Assembly (NCBI GenBank): GCA_038146865.1
Contig: JAYQSL010000007.1
Location: forward strand, 492,638 to 556,637
Direction: 5' to 3'
Source of the DNA: Rhodospirillaceae bacterium
Lineage (GTDB): Bacteria > Pseudomonadota > Alphaproteobacteria > MPNO01 > UBA2964
Length of the DNA stretch: 64,000 bases
The notes beneath the pieces were generated by a model. The model did not search any database. It was not told the origin of the DNA and saw nothing but the letters and a program-made list of their open reading frames with translations. The first letter of the stretch is position 1. The number at the start of each line of letters is the position of its first letter. Positions 10,122-20,368 of the stretch are shown here, piece by piece. A program made the translations under genes and the position numbers.

Positions 10122-10910
10122 TTATACAGTCGGAGATTTCCCACCATCCACGTTGATCGCCGTTCCTGTAATATAGCCTGCTTCGTCCGATGCTAGGAAG
10201 CATGCAATATTTGCAAATTCCTCGGTTTCTCCAATTCTCCCCATCGGAATGTTGCGGGCTTCAACCATTTCCTGGATAAAAGAGTCATAATCGAGATTTG
10301 GTTTAAGCTCTTGGTGTCGTCTCACCCATTGATCAGATTTTATAAAACCAACCAATAGTGCATTTACCAATATATTATCTGATGCAAACTCGTTTGCTAG
10401 GGTTTTGGTTAATGCCATTCCAGCCGCCCGCGTCACTGCGGTAGGTGCTCCTCTTGCCGCAGGCGCCTTAGCACCTATGTTCAAAGTATTAATTATTCGG
10501 CCCCATCTTTGTTTTTTCATTTGGGGGATAGCGTGTCTAATCAACCGCACTGCGGAGAAAAATTTTAAGTCAAAATCTGTCTGCCAATCTTTATCCGAAA
10601 TTTGCATAAAGGGTCCGGCACGAGAGGTTCCAGCATTATTAACTATGATGTCTATCTTCCCCAAGCCCTTTTCTGCTTCATCGAAAGCTCGGTCGGTTTC
10701 CGCAGCATTTAATAAATCACAGGAAATTGAGATGACCTTACCGTTGCCATGGGAACTTATTTCCGAGCGAGCTGTATCGAGGTCTTTTTGATTGCGAGCC
10801 AGTATCGCAATATCGGCACCGGCAGCTGCAAATTTTAGGGCGACACCCTTGCCCAGTCCCTTGCTGCCCCCTGTTATGAGCGCGCTTCTTCCATCTAATC
10901 TAATATTCAT
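10122..10910 (-). CDS. Short-chain dehydrogenase/reductase (SDR)
   Basis: TGGSKGLG Rossmann motif, NNAG, and a Y...K catalytic pair. The start is placed at MNIRLDG so that it only minimally overlaps purD. Confidence 0.8.
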   Translation of the reverse strand: MNIRLDGRSALITGGSKGLGKGVALKFAAAGADIAILARNQKDLDTARSEISSHGNGKVISISCDLLNAAETDRAFDEAEKGLGKIDIIVNNAGTSRAGPFMQISDKDWQTDFDLKFFSAVRLIRHAIPQMKKQRWGRIINTLNIGAKAPAARGAPTAVTRAAGMALTKTLANEFASDNILVNALLVGFIKSDQWVRRHQELKPNLDYDSFIQEMVEARNIPMGRIGETEEFANIACFLASDEAGYITGTAINVDGGKSPTV

Positions 10911-12195
10911 GACCAGATCTCCCATCTGCAATCACCCGCCACCCAATGTCGCGCCGGAAAAAACCCTCTGGCCAGTCGATAGAGTCCAGTGCTTGATACG
11001 CGTTCTCATGGGCGGCGGCTATGTTATCCCCCATAGCCGCTACCCCCAGAACTCTGCCTCCATTGGCAATCAAGTCGCCGTTTTCATTTCTAAGCGTTCC
11101 AGCATGAAATATCTTTACATTATCAGAGTGAGCAATGGGATCGGTCTTCTTTATTATACTGCCCCCCGTGTAGGAGCCTGGATACCCCCGTGCAGCCATC
11201 ACAACGATCATTGCGGCTTCTTCATACCACCTTAAATCAAAACCATTTAATACGCCGTCATGGGAGGCGATGAGCGCTGGTAAAATATCCGACTTCAAGC
11301 GCATCATGAGAACCTGGCATTCAGGGTCGCCAAACCTTACATTATACTCCAACAGCCTTGGTTCACCATTCTGGATCATTAGACCCGCGTAGAGAATGCC
11401 TTTGAAAGGCGCACCTTCTGAGGCCATACCTTTAATTGTAGGCTCAATAATCTCAAGCATAACCTTATGAGCGACCTTTTCAGTAACGACGGGTGCGGGG
11501 GAATAAGCTCCCATTCCACCCGTATTCGGGCCGGTGTCGCCCTCTCCGACCCTTTTGTGATCTTGTGCAGAGGCAAGTGGCAAAGCGGTTTTTCCATCGC
11601 ATAAAGCAAAAAAGCTTGCCTCTTCCCCTGGTAAGAATTCCTCAATTATAATTTCCGATCCAGCTTCCCCAAAAAGGCCTTGCTCAAGCATTTCCTCTAT
11701 CGCCCGGTTGGCTTCTTCCATCGTATCCGCAATCATTACACCTTTCCCGGCGGCTAAGCCGTCTGCTTTGACGACGATGGGTCCTTCAAGGGACTTGGCA
11801 AAATTGCGCGCAGAAGCGGCGTCTTTAAATCGACCATAGGCAGCGGTTGGAATATTATGTCGGGCGCAAAAATCTTTCATGAAGCCTTTTGATCCCTCGA
11901 GCTTTGCAGCTATCTGATTTGGACCGAAGTATTTAACACCAATTTTTGTGAGATGGTCCCCAAGGCCTGCCACCAGCGTTACTTCTGGTCCAATTACTAC
12001 AAATTCAACAGAATTCTCTTTAACAAAGCTGATCAAACCGGGGATATCATCTGACGCTAGCGCGACGCATTCCGCTTCTTCTGCTATGCCAGCATTGCCA
12101 GGGGCGCACCACAGTCGTGTTACCAGCGGGGATCCAGCAATTGCCCAACAGAGAGCGTGCTCACGTCCACCATTGCCGATTACTAGTACCCTCAT
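10900..12195 (-). CDS. purD: Phosphoribosylamine--glycine ligase
   Basis: Full-length ATP-grasp PurD (MRVLVIGNGGREHAL...). The start is taken at the internal Met. Confidence 0.9.
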   Translation of the reverse strand: MRVLVIGNGGREHALCWAIAGSPLVTRLWCAPGNAGIAEEAECVALASDDIPGLISFVKENSVEFVVIGPEVTLVAGLGDHLTKIGVKYFGPNQIAAKLEGSKGFMKDFCARHNIPTAAYGRFKDAASARNFAKSLEGPIVVKADGLAAGKGVMIADTMEEANRAIEEMLEQGLFGEAGSEIIIEEFLPGEEASFFALCDGKTALPLASAQDHKRVGEGDTGPNTGGMGAYSPAPVVTEKVAHKVMLEIIEPTIKGMASEGAPFKGILYAGLMIQNGEPRLLEYNVRFGDPECQVLMMRLKSDILPALIASHDGVLNGFDLRWYEEAAMIVVMAARGYPGSYTGGSIIKKTDPIAHSDNVKIFHAGTLRNENGDLIANGGRVLGVAAMGDNIAAAHENAYQALDSIDWPEGFFRRDIGWRVIADGRSGHEY

Positions 12196-12264
12196 GCTAA
12201 GCTCTCCCAATTTACATAAAAGCTATCTTGGACTTAATGTAAGTGAACATCGGTCTAACACAGA

Positions 12265-13800
12265 ATGCGAGTCGATATGACAGAACCCGATCTGCAAACC
12301 AGAGAAAAACTAGGCTCAGAGCACAATATTTCTGAGCTTTCCGTTGGAGATGTTGCACGGGCTATAAAGCGCACGCTAGAAACCGAATTTGGGCGCATTC
12401 GAATTAGAGGTGAAATATCCAGGCCAAATTACCATAGCTCTGGCCATCTTTATTTTACACTTAAAGATCAAGAAGCAGTCATAGATGGTGTTTGTTGGCG
12501 AGGAACGGTTGAAAAGTTATCTTTAACGCTTGAGGAAGGGATGGAGGTTGTATGTACTGGCCGGATCTCTTCTTATGCACGAAGTTCGAAGTATCAAATT
12601 GTAATTGAGGCGGTTGAGCTCGCTGGAGAAGGGGCGCTCCTAAAGCTGCTAGAAGAGCGGCGAAAAAAGCTCACAGATGAAGGTTTATTTTCTGATCAAA
12701 AAAAGAAAAAGCTTCCGTTCCTTCCCGAGGTAATAGGCGTTGTTACGTCTCCTTCGGGTGCCGTAATTAGAGACATCCTTCACCGGTTAACAGCGCGGTT
12801 TCCCCAACGGGTTTTATTATGGCCCGTTCCCGTTCAAGGAGACGGGGCTGCCCAAGAAATAGCTAGTGCTGTTTCCGGTTTTAATAGACTGTTGGACAAC
12901 GAAAATACTCCGAGACCGGATTTGATAATTGTTGCGCGGGGAGGTGGAAGCCTTGAAGACTTGTGGTGTTTTAATGAAGAGAGTGTTGTTCGAGCAGTGG
13001 CGAACTCCGACATACCGGTGATATCAGGTGTCGGGCACGAGACTGATGTAACTTTGATTGATTTCGCTGCAGATTTAAGGGCGCCGACTCCGACTGCTGC
13101 TGCTGAGTTGGCAGTGCCAGTTCGGGCCGAACTAACGGCTCAGGTGTTGGATTTAATGACCCGGTCGGTTAGCGCAATGGGGCGCGTCCAGCAGTCTTTT
13201 CAGCTTCAAGTCGATGCAAGCTCTCGGGGTCTCACAAAGCCGGAATTTTTTATTTCTGAGGCACAGCAGAGCCTAGATGTCTGTTCAGATAGGCTCAGCC
13301 TAACCACTTCTATTCTTTTTCAGAGATTGAGTGATCGTGTTGAAACAGTTTCAGCAAAAATCCTGCACCCCCGAGAGTTCCTGAATGCCCTGGACGAACG
13401 ATTGATACGGTTCCGTGAAAAGCTCGAATCTGGTGCGCAGATTGTGTTGGATGCGCGTTATCAAAAGCTTCGTGGATTAGATTATACAACTCGATCCTCG
13501 ATGGCAGTCCAAAGATTATTAGAAAAATGGCAAAATATCTTGGTGAGTAATGGAAAGTTGCTCGTGAGCTATTCTTACAAGGATGTTTTAAAACGTGGAT
13601 TTGCGTTGATAAGAGCAAGCGATGGAAAGCCTATAAAGCTCGCTAACACTCTAAAAACCCGAGAAAAAATCTCGATCGAATTTTTTGATGGGGTAAAGGA
13701 AGCCTCAGTCATGGGGGGTGGGACCAAAAATATCAGTAACAAGGAGAGAGACCGGAGGCAAAAGAAGGAACATCAATCTGACCAGGGGACGCTTCTTTGA
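12265..13800 (+). CDS. xseA: Exodeoxyribonuclease VII large subunit
   Basis: OB-fold N-terminus followed by a catalytic domain with conserved ARGGGS.EDL. Confidence 0.9.
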   Translation: MRVDMTEPDLQTREKLGSEHNISELSVGDVARAIKRTLETEFGRIRIRGEISRPNYHSSGHLYFTLKDQEAVIDGVCWRGTVEKLSLTLEEGMEVVCTGRISSYARSSKYQIVIEAVELAGEGALLKLLEERRKKLTDEGLFSDQKKKKLPFLPEVIGVVTSPSGAVIRDILHRLTARFPQRVLLWPVPVQGDGAAQEIASAVSGFNRLLDNENTPRPDLIIVARGGGSLEDLWCFNEESVVRAVANSDIPVISGVGHETDVTLIDFAADLRAPTPTAAAELAVPVRAELTAQVLDLMTRSVSAMGRVQQSFQLQVDASSRGLTKPEFFISEAQQSLDVCSDRLSLTTSILFQRLSDRVETVSAKILHPREFLNALDERLIRFREKLESGAQIVLDARYQKLRGLDYTTRSSMAVQRLLEKWQNILVSNGKLLVSYSYKDVLKRGFALIRASDGKPIKLANTLKTREKISIEFFDGVKEASVMGGGTKNISNKERDRRQKKEHQSDQGTLL

Positions 13801-14603
13801 GAGCACTGTTCGTTTTCCTAATTTTGATATTGCCAATTAGGCATGTTGTTGCTTTTGAGATAAGAGGGCAACTCCAACCTGGAGGGCTTGTTCATGTTCA
13901 ATTAGAACCTGGTTCCTCTGCCAGATTAAACGGTAATCAATTATCGGTTTCCCGCGATGGACTTCTGGTTTTTGGGTTTGGCCGTGATGCTTCAGTCGAT
14001 CAAGTGCTTGAAATCAAGGAGCCAAATGGATCGACAAAAAAGAAAATTTTAACTTTGCAAAAACGAAATTACAAAGTTCAAAAAATTCATGGTTTGCCCA
14101 AAAATAAAGTGATCCCACCAATTGTTCAAATAAAGCGAATTGCTAGTGAGAGGCAGTTAATAAGTAAGGCGCGAAACAAGCAGACCAATAGACGAGATTT
14201 CTTGGAAGGTTTTTCTTGGCCTACTAGAGGCAGGATCAGTGGTGTTTTTGGAAGCCAAAGAGTTTTAAATGGTGTGCCTCGTTCGCCACACTATGGGGTA
14301 GATATTGCTGCACCGATAGGAACCGCAGTGCGTGCTGCGTCGAGTGGTATTATTTCTCTAGCTCACGAGGACATGTTTTTCACAGGAAAAACCATTTTGG
14401 TAGATCATGGTTTTGGAGTTTCAACGATCTACGTCCATCTCTCAGAAATCACAGTCAGGGTTGGTCAACGAGTTGAAAAGGGTCAATTAGTGGGTCGTGT
14501 CGGGATGACTGGACGGGCGACAGGACCCCACCTTCATTGGGGTCTGAGCTGGGGTCAAGTTAAGTTAGACCCTCAGCTTGTTGTATCTCCCATGGACAAT
14601 TAG
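13797..14603 (+). CDS. M23 family metallopeptidase (secreted)
   Basis: Signal peptide and LytM-type HxxxD ... HLHWG motifs. It overlaps the xseA stop by 4 nt. Confidence 0.8.
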   Translation: MRALFVFLILILPIRHVVAFEIRGQLQPGGLVHVQLEPGSSARLNGNQLSVSRDGLLVFGFGRDASVDQVLEIKEPNGSTKKKILTLQKRNYKVQKIHGLPKNKVIPPIVQIKRIASERQLISKARNKQTNRRDFLEGFSWPTRGRISGVFGSQRVLNGVPRSPHYGVDIAAPIGTAVRAASSGIISLAHEDMFFTGKTILVDHGFGVSTIYVHLSEITVRVGQRVEKGQLVGRVGMTGRATGPHLHWGLSWGQVKLDPQLVVSPMDN

Positions 14604-15523
14604 TTCATATAATCTTGATTATTAGGCCATCGGTTATGGAGCCAGAACCATTGATCAGGGCGTTCTATAATCCAATCTTCGAGTGTTTCGTTAACCTTAG
14701 TCATCATTAATTCAAGATCCTTTTTTCGATCACCAGTTTTTTCATGGGATAACGGCGGAAATACGGTTACCCTGAAGCAGCATCCCTTAATGCGCTCAAG
14801 ACGAATTGGAATGGCGGGGCAATTATACTTAAGTGCAAGTGCTGCTAGGGCCGGAGCGGTCATCACGTCTCTCCCAAAAAACGGCACTGCTATTCCGTCA
14901 TTCATTTTTTGGTCAACCAGCATACTAATGGATTTACCATTTTTCATTAACTGAATGATCCTTCGGGCGCCTGCCGGTCCTTTGGGTATCAGATCGCTAT
15001 CTTTTTGGCGCCGGACGTATCGAACCAAAAGATCTACGATTGGATTATTGGCGGCTCGATACACGGCAGCGGTGGGTACACCTAATTCCCTTAAAATTAA
15101 TGGCAATAACTCCCAATTGGCAAAGTGACCAGAAAAGTAAATTACCGGTTGTCCATCATTTTGAAATTTCGTCAAATATTCGCGATTTATAACCTCAAGT
15201 TGATCTGTTCTTGACCAACGCGCAATATGCCTGATGTGTGCCATTTCTCCGATCACCCGTCCAAGATTCTCCCACATGCCGATAATTGAGTGTGAAATGG
15301 TTTTTTGATCGAGATCCTTTAAGGCATGGCTCATATTTTTCAGAGCACGTTTATTTATACCGAGCCTTGGACCAATTTTCCGACCGAGATAACCGCCAAC
15401 ATTGGAGGCATTAATAGGGGTTAGACATGAGAAAACTAAGAACAAAAGCAACAAACCAATGGCTTCAAAAGGGTATATCAGGAAGCGCATAAATTGGCTC
15501 AATTTTGATCTAGGTTTGCTCAT
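14600..15523 (-). CDS. lpxL: Lipid A biosynthesis lauroyl/myristoyl acyltransferase (LpxL/HtrB family)
   Basis: Consistent in length and sequence with Kdo2-lipid IVA acyltransferases. It sits in an operon with lpxK and waaA. Confidence 0.75.
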   Translation of the reverse strand: MSKPRSKLSQFMRFLIYPFEAIGLLLLFLVFSCLTPINASNVGGYLGRKIGPRLGINKRALKNMSHALKDLDQKTISHSIIGMWENLGRVIGEMAHIRHIARWSRTDQLEVINREYLTKFQNDGQPVIYFSGHFANWELLPLILRELGVPTAAVYRAANNPIVDLLVRYVRRQKDSDLIPKGPAGARRIIQLMKNGKSISMLVDQKMNDGIAVPFFGRDVMTAPALAALALKYNCPAIPIRLERIKGCCFRVTVFPPLSHEKTGDRKKDLELMMTKVNETLEDWIIERPDQWFWLHNRWPNNQDYMN

Positions 15524-16479
15524 TTAAAAAGTCCGTTTAACGCTTGATCGATTATTCCTGGGTCTTCCCAAACTAATTTTATCGGAACCTTCTTGATTAG
15601 TTGCTGGAATTCTGGGGGGAGGCGCACGTAATCTTTCTCTGTTGTAAAAAGGTCCGATGCTACTTCCGAAGCTTGAAGAAGAAGATTTTCTATTTCCATT
15701 TTTGAAAAACAGTGATGATCGGGGAAACTTTTTTTGAGAATTAAGTCTGCTCCCATTTCTCTTAATGTTTGAAAAAACTTTTCTGGCCTACCGATTCCTG
15801 CAAAAGCTGCCACTTTTCTATCACTTAAATCCAGAGGCTTTTCGGGAAGGATTTCTGCATTTGCAATGGGTAAGGTAAGTGTCTGGCTTATCAACCCAAG
15901 ATCTTTTCCAATAATAACTGCAGTATCTGCCCTGTCACATCCATCCCTAAGATGCTCACGCATAGGCCCAGCCGGAAAGATGCGCCCGTTACCAATTCCG
16001 TAAGGACCATCAAACACGAGAAATGAATAATCTTTAAAGAGGCCCGGATTTTGAAAACCGTCGTCCATAATAATACAGGTGGCTCCCTCAGCGCAGGCTC
16101 GTTTAGCTGCCGTGACTCGATCTTTATTTACCCAAACCGGAGCAAACTTTGCTAATAGAAGAGGTTCATCTCCTACGTCGTTGATGTCATGTTTTGTAAG
16201 GTCAACTTTCATAGTTGACGCGTTCTTTCGACCGTACCCGCGAGATAAAAAATGAGGATTCTGTCCGCTTGCAACAAGTTTTTCGCAGATAGAAATCGCC
16301 ACCGTGGTTTTACCTGTCCCACCCATAGTCAGATTACCAATGCAAATAACGGGAATTGGGGCTTTCCAAGAACGAACTCTACTGCGGGCCCCTTTGCTGA
16401 TGGTGTTATATAACCAGGAGGCAGGTATTAAGGAATTAGATAGTAAGCCGCATTTTGTCCAAAAATCAGGTTTTTGCAT
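15520..16479 (-). CDS. lpxK: Tetraacyldisaccharide 4'-kinase
   Basis: Walker A GNLTMGGTGKT. The 4-nt overlap with the neighbouring genes suggests translational coupling. Confidence 0.85.
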   Translation of the reverse strand: MQKPDFWTKCGLLSNSLIPASWLYNTISKGARSRVRSWKAPIPVICIGNLTMGGTGKTTVAISICEKLVASGQNPHFLSRGYGRKNASTMKVDLTKHDINDVGDEPLLLAKFAPVWVNKDRVTAAKRACAEGATCIIMDDGFQNPGLFKDYSFLVFDGPYGIGNGRIFPAGPMREHLRDGCDRADTAVIIGKDLGLISQTLTLPIANAEILPEKPLDLSDRKVAAFAGIGRPEKFFQTLREMGADLILKKSFPDHHCFSKMEIENLLLQASEVASDLFTTEKDYVRLPPEFQQLIKKVPIKLVWEDPGIIDQALNGLFK

Positions 16480-17757
16480 CTATTTTTCTTGAATTGCAAT
16501 CTCAACAATTGGCAAAAGTTGATCCCCAATGTTCTCAAGTATTTCCATCTGGCTTACCACTATTTTCTTTGCTGCATCAGTCTGTGATTTTCGGGTTGAT
16601 GCATTAATAAGTAATGAATAAACGGCGTCGACTAGGGCTGCAGGCGTATCTATCCGCACGGCGGCCGCAGTGCGAACCATTTCACAAGTTATTTCATTAA
16701 AATTCTCTGTATAAGGACCAAAGATTACAGCGCTCCCAAGTTTAGCAGCCTCCAGTATATTTTGCCCACCATGAGGAATCAGAGACCCTCCAATAAATGA
16801 AACTGGTGCAATTCGATAAAAAACTCCCAGTTCACCAATAGTGTCGGCAATATAAATGTCTGTATTAGGCCTTAACTCCGTGCCTCGCGATCTAAGTTGT
16901 CCTGTAAGCCCCTGGTTAGCAGCCAGTTCGGCTATGAAGTCCCCCCTTATGGGGTGTCTGGGGGCTATAATGGTTAATAATTTGGGCAGCTGGTCGGATA
17001 AAATCTTATGGGTATTGATAATAAATTCTTCTTCTCCAGGATGGGTGCTGGCGGCTAACCAGGTGGGACGATCCGCGATAGAATCTTTTAACTCAGTGAC
17101 TAATTGGGTTTCCGCTGGAAGGGGATCTGCTGCGTATTTGAGATTGCCTAACATTTGGACATTGGCTGCACCTAATGTTCTTAAATTTTTCATGTCGGTG
17201 TGGCTTTGGGCTAAACAAAGTCTGAAGCCTTTCAGAAGACTGGCGATTGTGCCTGGAAACCTGGACCAATTCTTTAATGAGCGAAGGGATATTCTTCCAT
17301 TTACCAGGACCATAGGAATGTCTCTGGACTCGGTAAGTTTTATCAAGTTGGGCCAGAACTCAGACTCTACCCACAGCGCCAAACTCGGTTGCCAATGGTC
17401 TAGAAATGAGTCCACCCATTGAGGGCGGTCAACGGGCACAAACTGATGTATGGCATTCTTTGGCAGCCGTTTGGAGAGCATCTTAGCCGAAGTAACCGTT
17501 CCCGTTGTGATTAAAAAGTTACACTTTTCGTAACGACGATGTAGGAGTTCAATAAGAGGTAATATCGAAAGAGACTCACCTAGGCTCGCCGCGTGGATCC
17601 ATATCAGGCTGCCCTTTGGTCTTTCTTTCGAAGGTTTTCCTTTACGTTCCTCAATTCTTGTTGGGTCCTCTTTTCCTTCCCGACATCTTTTTTTAATAAC
17701 ATAATCAATAACGGGCTTTCCTAAAGTTGCTGCTGCTCTATAGATTGAAAGGACCAT
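16480..17757 (-). CDS. waaA: 3-deoxy-D-manno-octulosonic acid transferase
   Basis: 425-aa KdtA/WaaA architecture, located between lpxK and DUF374/msbA. Confidence 0.85.
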   Translation of the reverse strand: MVLSIYRAAATLGKPVIDYVIKKRCREGKEDPTRIEERKGKPSKERPKGSLIWIHAASLGESLSILPLIELLHRRYEKCNFLITTGTVTSAKMLSKRLPKNAIHQFVPVDRPQWVDSFLDHWQPSLALWVESEFWPNLIKLTESRDIPMVLVNGRISLRSLKNWSRFPGTIASLLKGFRLCLAQSHTDMKNLRTLGAANVQMLGNLKYAADPLPAETQLVTELKDSIADRPTWLAASTHPGEEEFIINTHKILSDQLPKLLTIIAPRHPIRGDFIAELAANQGLTGQLRSRGTELRPNTDIYIADTIGELGVFYRIAPVSFIGGSLIPHGGQNILEAAKLGSAVIFGPYTENFNEITCEMVRTAAAVRIDTPAALVDAVYSLLINASTRKSQTDAAKKIVVSQMEILENIGDQLLPIVEIAIQEK

Positions 17758-17773
17758 TCTTTATCGGACCGAG

Positions 17774-18475
17774 CTATGGCTTTTTTTGGGGCTGGATCAG
17801 ATTTCTCCCCAAGCGAGTGTCAAGTTCTGCTGTCATCTCATTTAGCGTAGTCTCAAGAGCAATGGTTAATTTAGCTATTTTTTCTTTTCCAGCGTCTTTT
17901 GGGACATAAATGGGCCGGCCCCATAAAAAGATACCTGTGGTAAAGGGAAGAGGTATCATTAGTCGGTCCCAACTTGATGCTATAAAAGCTGATTTGGCGG
18001 AGAGGGCTAAGGGTATAATTGGTGCTCCTGAGAGACGGGACGCCTCGACGATACCTTTACCAGCCCTCATCCTCGGCCCTTGCGGTCCATCTGGAGTGAT
18101 TCCGACTACTTCTCCCCGATGAATCGTCCGAATGACTTTTCTCAGGGCAGAGCTACCTCCCTTTGTGGAAGACCCAGGCAATGTATTAATTCCGAAGGGA
18201 GCCACGGCTCTGGAGATTAACAACCCGTCTCGGTGCTCGGAAATCATTATATTAACGGGATTTTCAAACCGCCATGCGTGAACAAACATTCCGAGCCGCC
18301 CATGCCAGAAAGCGATGATAAAGGGTTTTTTATTCTTCAGCATCTCAGAAGGAATTTCTTTGGACTCTACTCGCCACCTTACGGTTATCTTTGCGAGGCA
18401 CAGGTAGGCTGTAATTGTGCATCGGAGAAGCACTTGAATAAGATCTGTCCTCAGGACGTTTTTGGCAAAAGCCAT
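17774..18475 (-). CDS. DUF374 / lysophospholipid acyltransferase-like protein
   Basis: 233-aa protein at the conserved position between waaA and msbA in Alphaproteobacteria. Confidence 0.6.
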   Translation of the reverse strand: MAFAKNVLRTDLIQVLLRCTITAYLCLAKITVRWRVESKEIPSEMLKNKKPFIIAFWHGRLGMFVHAWRFENPVNIMISEHRDGLLISRAVAPFGINTLPGSSTKGGSSALRKVIRTIHRGEVVGITPDGPQGPRMRAGKGIVEASRLSGAPIIPLALSAKSAFIASSWDRLMIPLPFTTGIFLWGRPIYVPKDAGKEKIAKLTIALETTLNEMTAELDTRLGRNLIQPQKKP

Positions 18476-18478
18476 TAT

Positions 18479-20329
18479 TTACCCGTTTTCTCTCTGATCG
18501 GCAGGACTTCGCGCAGATTGTTGCTCTGCAAACTGAAGCGCATAAAGCCTGGAATAGGCGCCCTTGCGCTTTAAAAGCTCTGAATGGGTCCCAGTTTCAA
18601 TAATTTTTCCATTTTCCATTACATAAATTCTATCTGCATTCACAACGGTTGATAAACGATGGGCTATAACGATTGTGGTGCGGTCTTCGGTGAGCACCGT
18701 CAGAGCATTCTGAACTAAACGTTCAGTCTCTGTATCTAAGGCAGATGTGGCCTCATCAAGCAAAAGGATAGGGGCGTCTTTTAGCATGGCTCGGGCAATC
18801 GCAATCCTCTGCTGCTGCCCGCCCGAGAGCTTAAGTCCACGCCCCCCAACATGCGTATCGTATCCCGCCGATAAGGTTTGAATGAAGTCGTGAGCATCTG
18901 CAGCTTTGGCCGCTGCAATAATTTCTTCGTCCAACGCATTGGCTTTTCCATACGCGATATTTTCGCGCACCGTATCGTCGAATAGAGATATATCCTGGGT
19001 GACCAAAGCAATATTGGAACGAAGACTTGCTAAGGTAAGAGACTTGATATCAATGCCATCGACTAAAATCCTCCCTTTTTGACAGTCATAAAATCTTGGG
19101 ATCAGATTAAGGATCGTAGATTTACCCGCTCCTGACGGCCCCACCAAAGCAACGGTTTCCCCTTGCGATATTTCGAAAGTAACACCTGAAAGAGCTTTCT
19201 GATTAGAGTCGTAACCAAAATGAACGTTTTCAAATTTTATAGACCCGAAGGATTTTCCCAATATTTTTGCGCCTTTAGCATCCTTGATTTGAGGTTCGGT
19301 ATCGATAAGTTGAAAAATACGATCAGCGGCTGCTAATCCATTCTGGAGGTTGGCGTTTAAAGTTGCCAGCCTCTTCATTGGCTCATATGCAAGTAGAAGG
19401 GCAGTAATAAATGAGAAGAATGTACCAGGTGTTGTCGTTCCCTCGAGGACTTGAGTTCCACCGTAGAGAATCACGGCAGCGATAGCCAAACCGCCCAATG
19501 TTTCCATTATGGGGTGAAATGCAGAACGGACTTTTGCTGCCCGTTGCACGAGGTTAAAGATGGTCTCTACCGCAGCGCCCGCCCGATTTATCTCGTAATT
19601 TTCCATGCCATACGCCCTTACATGTCGGGCCCCTCTGAAAGTTTCATCAAGCAAAGTGGTTAGTTGCCCAAATTCTTCCTGAGTATTCGCAGAAATTCGC
19701 CTTATTCGGCCTCCCAATCTGACAATTGGATAAATCGCAAGAGGAAAGACAAAGAATGCGATGATGGCTAAGAGCCAATCACGTTGAAACATCACCGCTA
19801 CTAAGAAGATAACCGTGAGAGAATCTCGCGCTATACCGGTAAGCGCATCAGAGACCGCTGAACGCAAAAGATTCGCATCATTATTAATTCTCGAGATTAT
19901 TCGACCAGTCGAAGTCGCGTTAAAGTACGCCACATCTGTTTTCATTAGATGGGCATACATCTGCAATTGCACAGTCGATATTATCCTCTGGCCGATATGG
20001 TTCATCGTGACAGATTGTCCGTAGGTAGCCATCCCTTTCATAATTGCAACTGTCAATATAATTAGAGGAATTAGCCACAGCATTGTTTGGTCACGTTCTA
20101 GAAAGACTTTGTCTAACATCGGCTGCATCAACCAAGCGTTAGTCGCAGTTGCTCCCGCTACGATCCCCATGCAAATGATTGCAAAAGCAAGGCGGCGGAA
20201 ATGTGGCCGCACCTGCTCTTTGACCAACCTAGATACAAGCATCGCTGTCGATCTATCGCGGCGGAGTTCTGGGGTAACTTGAACTTCTTTTTCTTCGGTC
20301 ATAGGCCTTGGCTCTTCCTCGGCCAACAT
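18479..20329 (-). CDS. msbA: Lipid A export ABC transporter ATP-binding/permease protein
   Basis: Six transmembrane helices plus an ABC nucleotide-binding domain (GPSGAGKST, LSGGQQQR). Confidence 0.85.
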   Translation of the reverse strand: MLAEEEPRPMTEEKEVQVTPELRRDRSTAMLVSRLVKEQVRPHFRRLAFAIICMGIVAGATATNAWLMQPMLDKVFLERDQTMLWLIPLIILTVAIMKGMATYGQSVTMNHIGQRIISTVQLQMYAHLMKTDVAYFNATSTGRIISRINNDANLLRSAVSDALTGIARDSLTVIFLVAVMFQRDWLLAIIAFFVFPLAIYPIVRLGGRIRRISANTQEEFGQLTTLLDETFRGARHVRAYGMENYEINRAGAAVETIFNLVQRAAKVRSAFHPIMETLGGLAIAAVILYGGTQVLEGTTTPGTFFSFITALLLAYEPMKRLATLNANLQNGLAAADRIFQLIDTEPQIKDAKGAKILGKSFGSIKFENVHFGYDSNQKALSGVTFEISQGETVALVGPSGAGKSTILNLIPRFYDCQKGRILVDGIDIKSLTLASLRSNIALVTQDISLFDDTVRENIAYGKANALDEEIIAAAKAADAHDFIQTLSAGYDTHVGGRGLKLSGGQQQRIAIARAMLKDAPILLLDEATSALDTETERLVQNALTVLTEDRTTIVIAHRLSTVVNADRIYVMENGKIIETGTHSELLKRKGAYSRLYALQFAEQQSARSPADQRENG

Positions 20330-20368
20330 ATCATGCAGCCAATGACCGGCAAAATCTCTAAAGCAATA

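Noticed and set aside
10405-11235. Plus-strand ORFs of 128 and 147 aa inside the SDR and purD region
   Set aside because: They lie antisense to well-supported genes and have proline/alanine-rich, non-protein-like composition. They are shadow ORFs.
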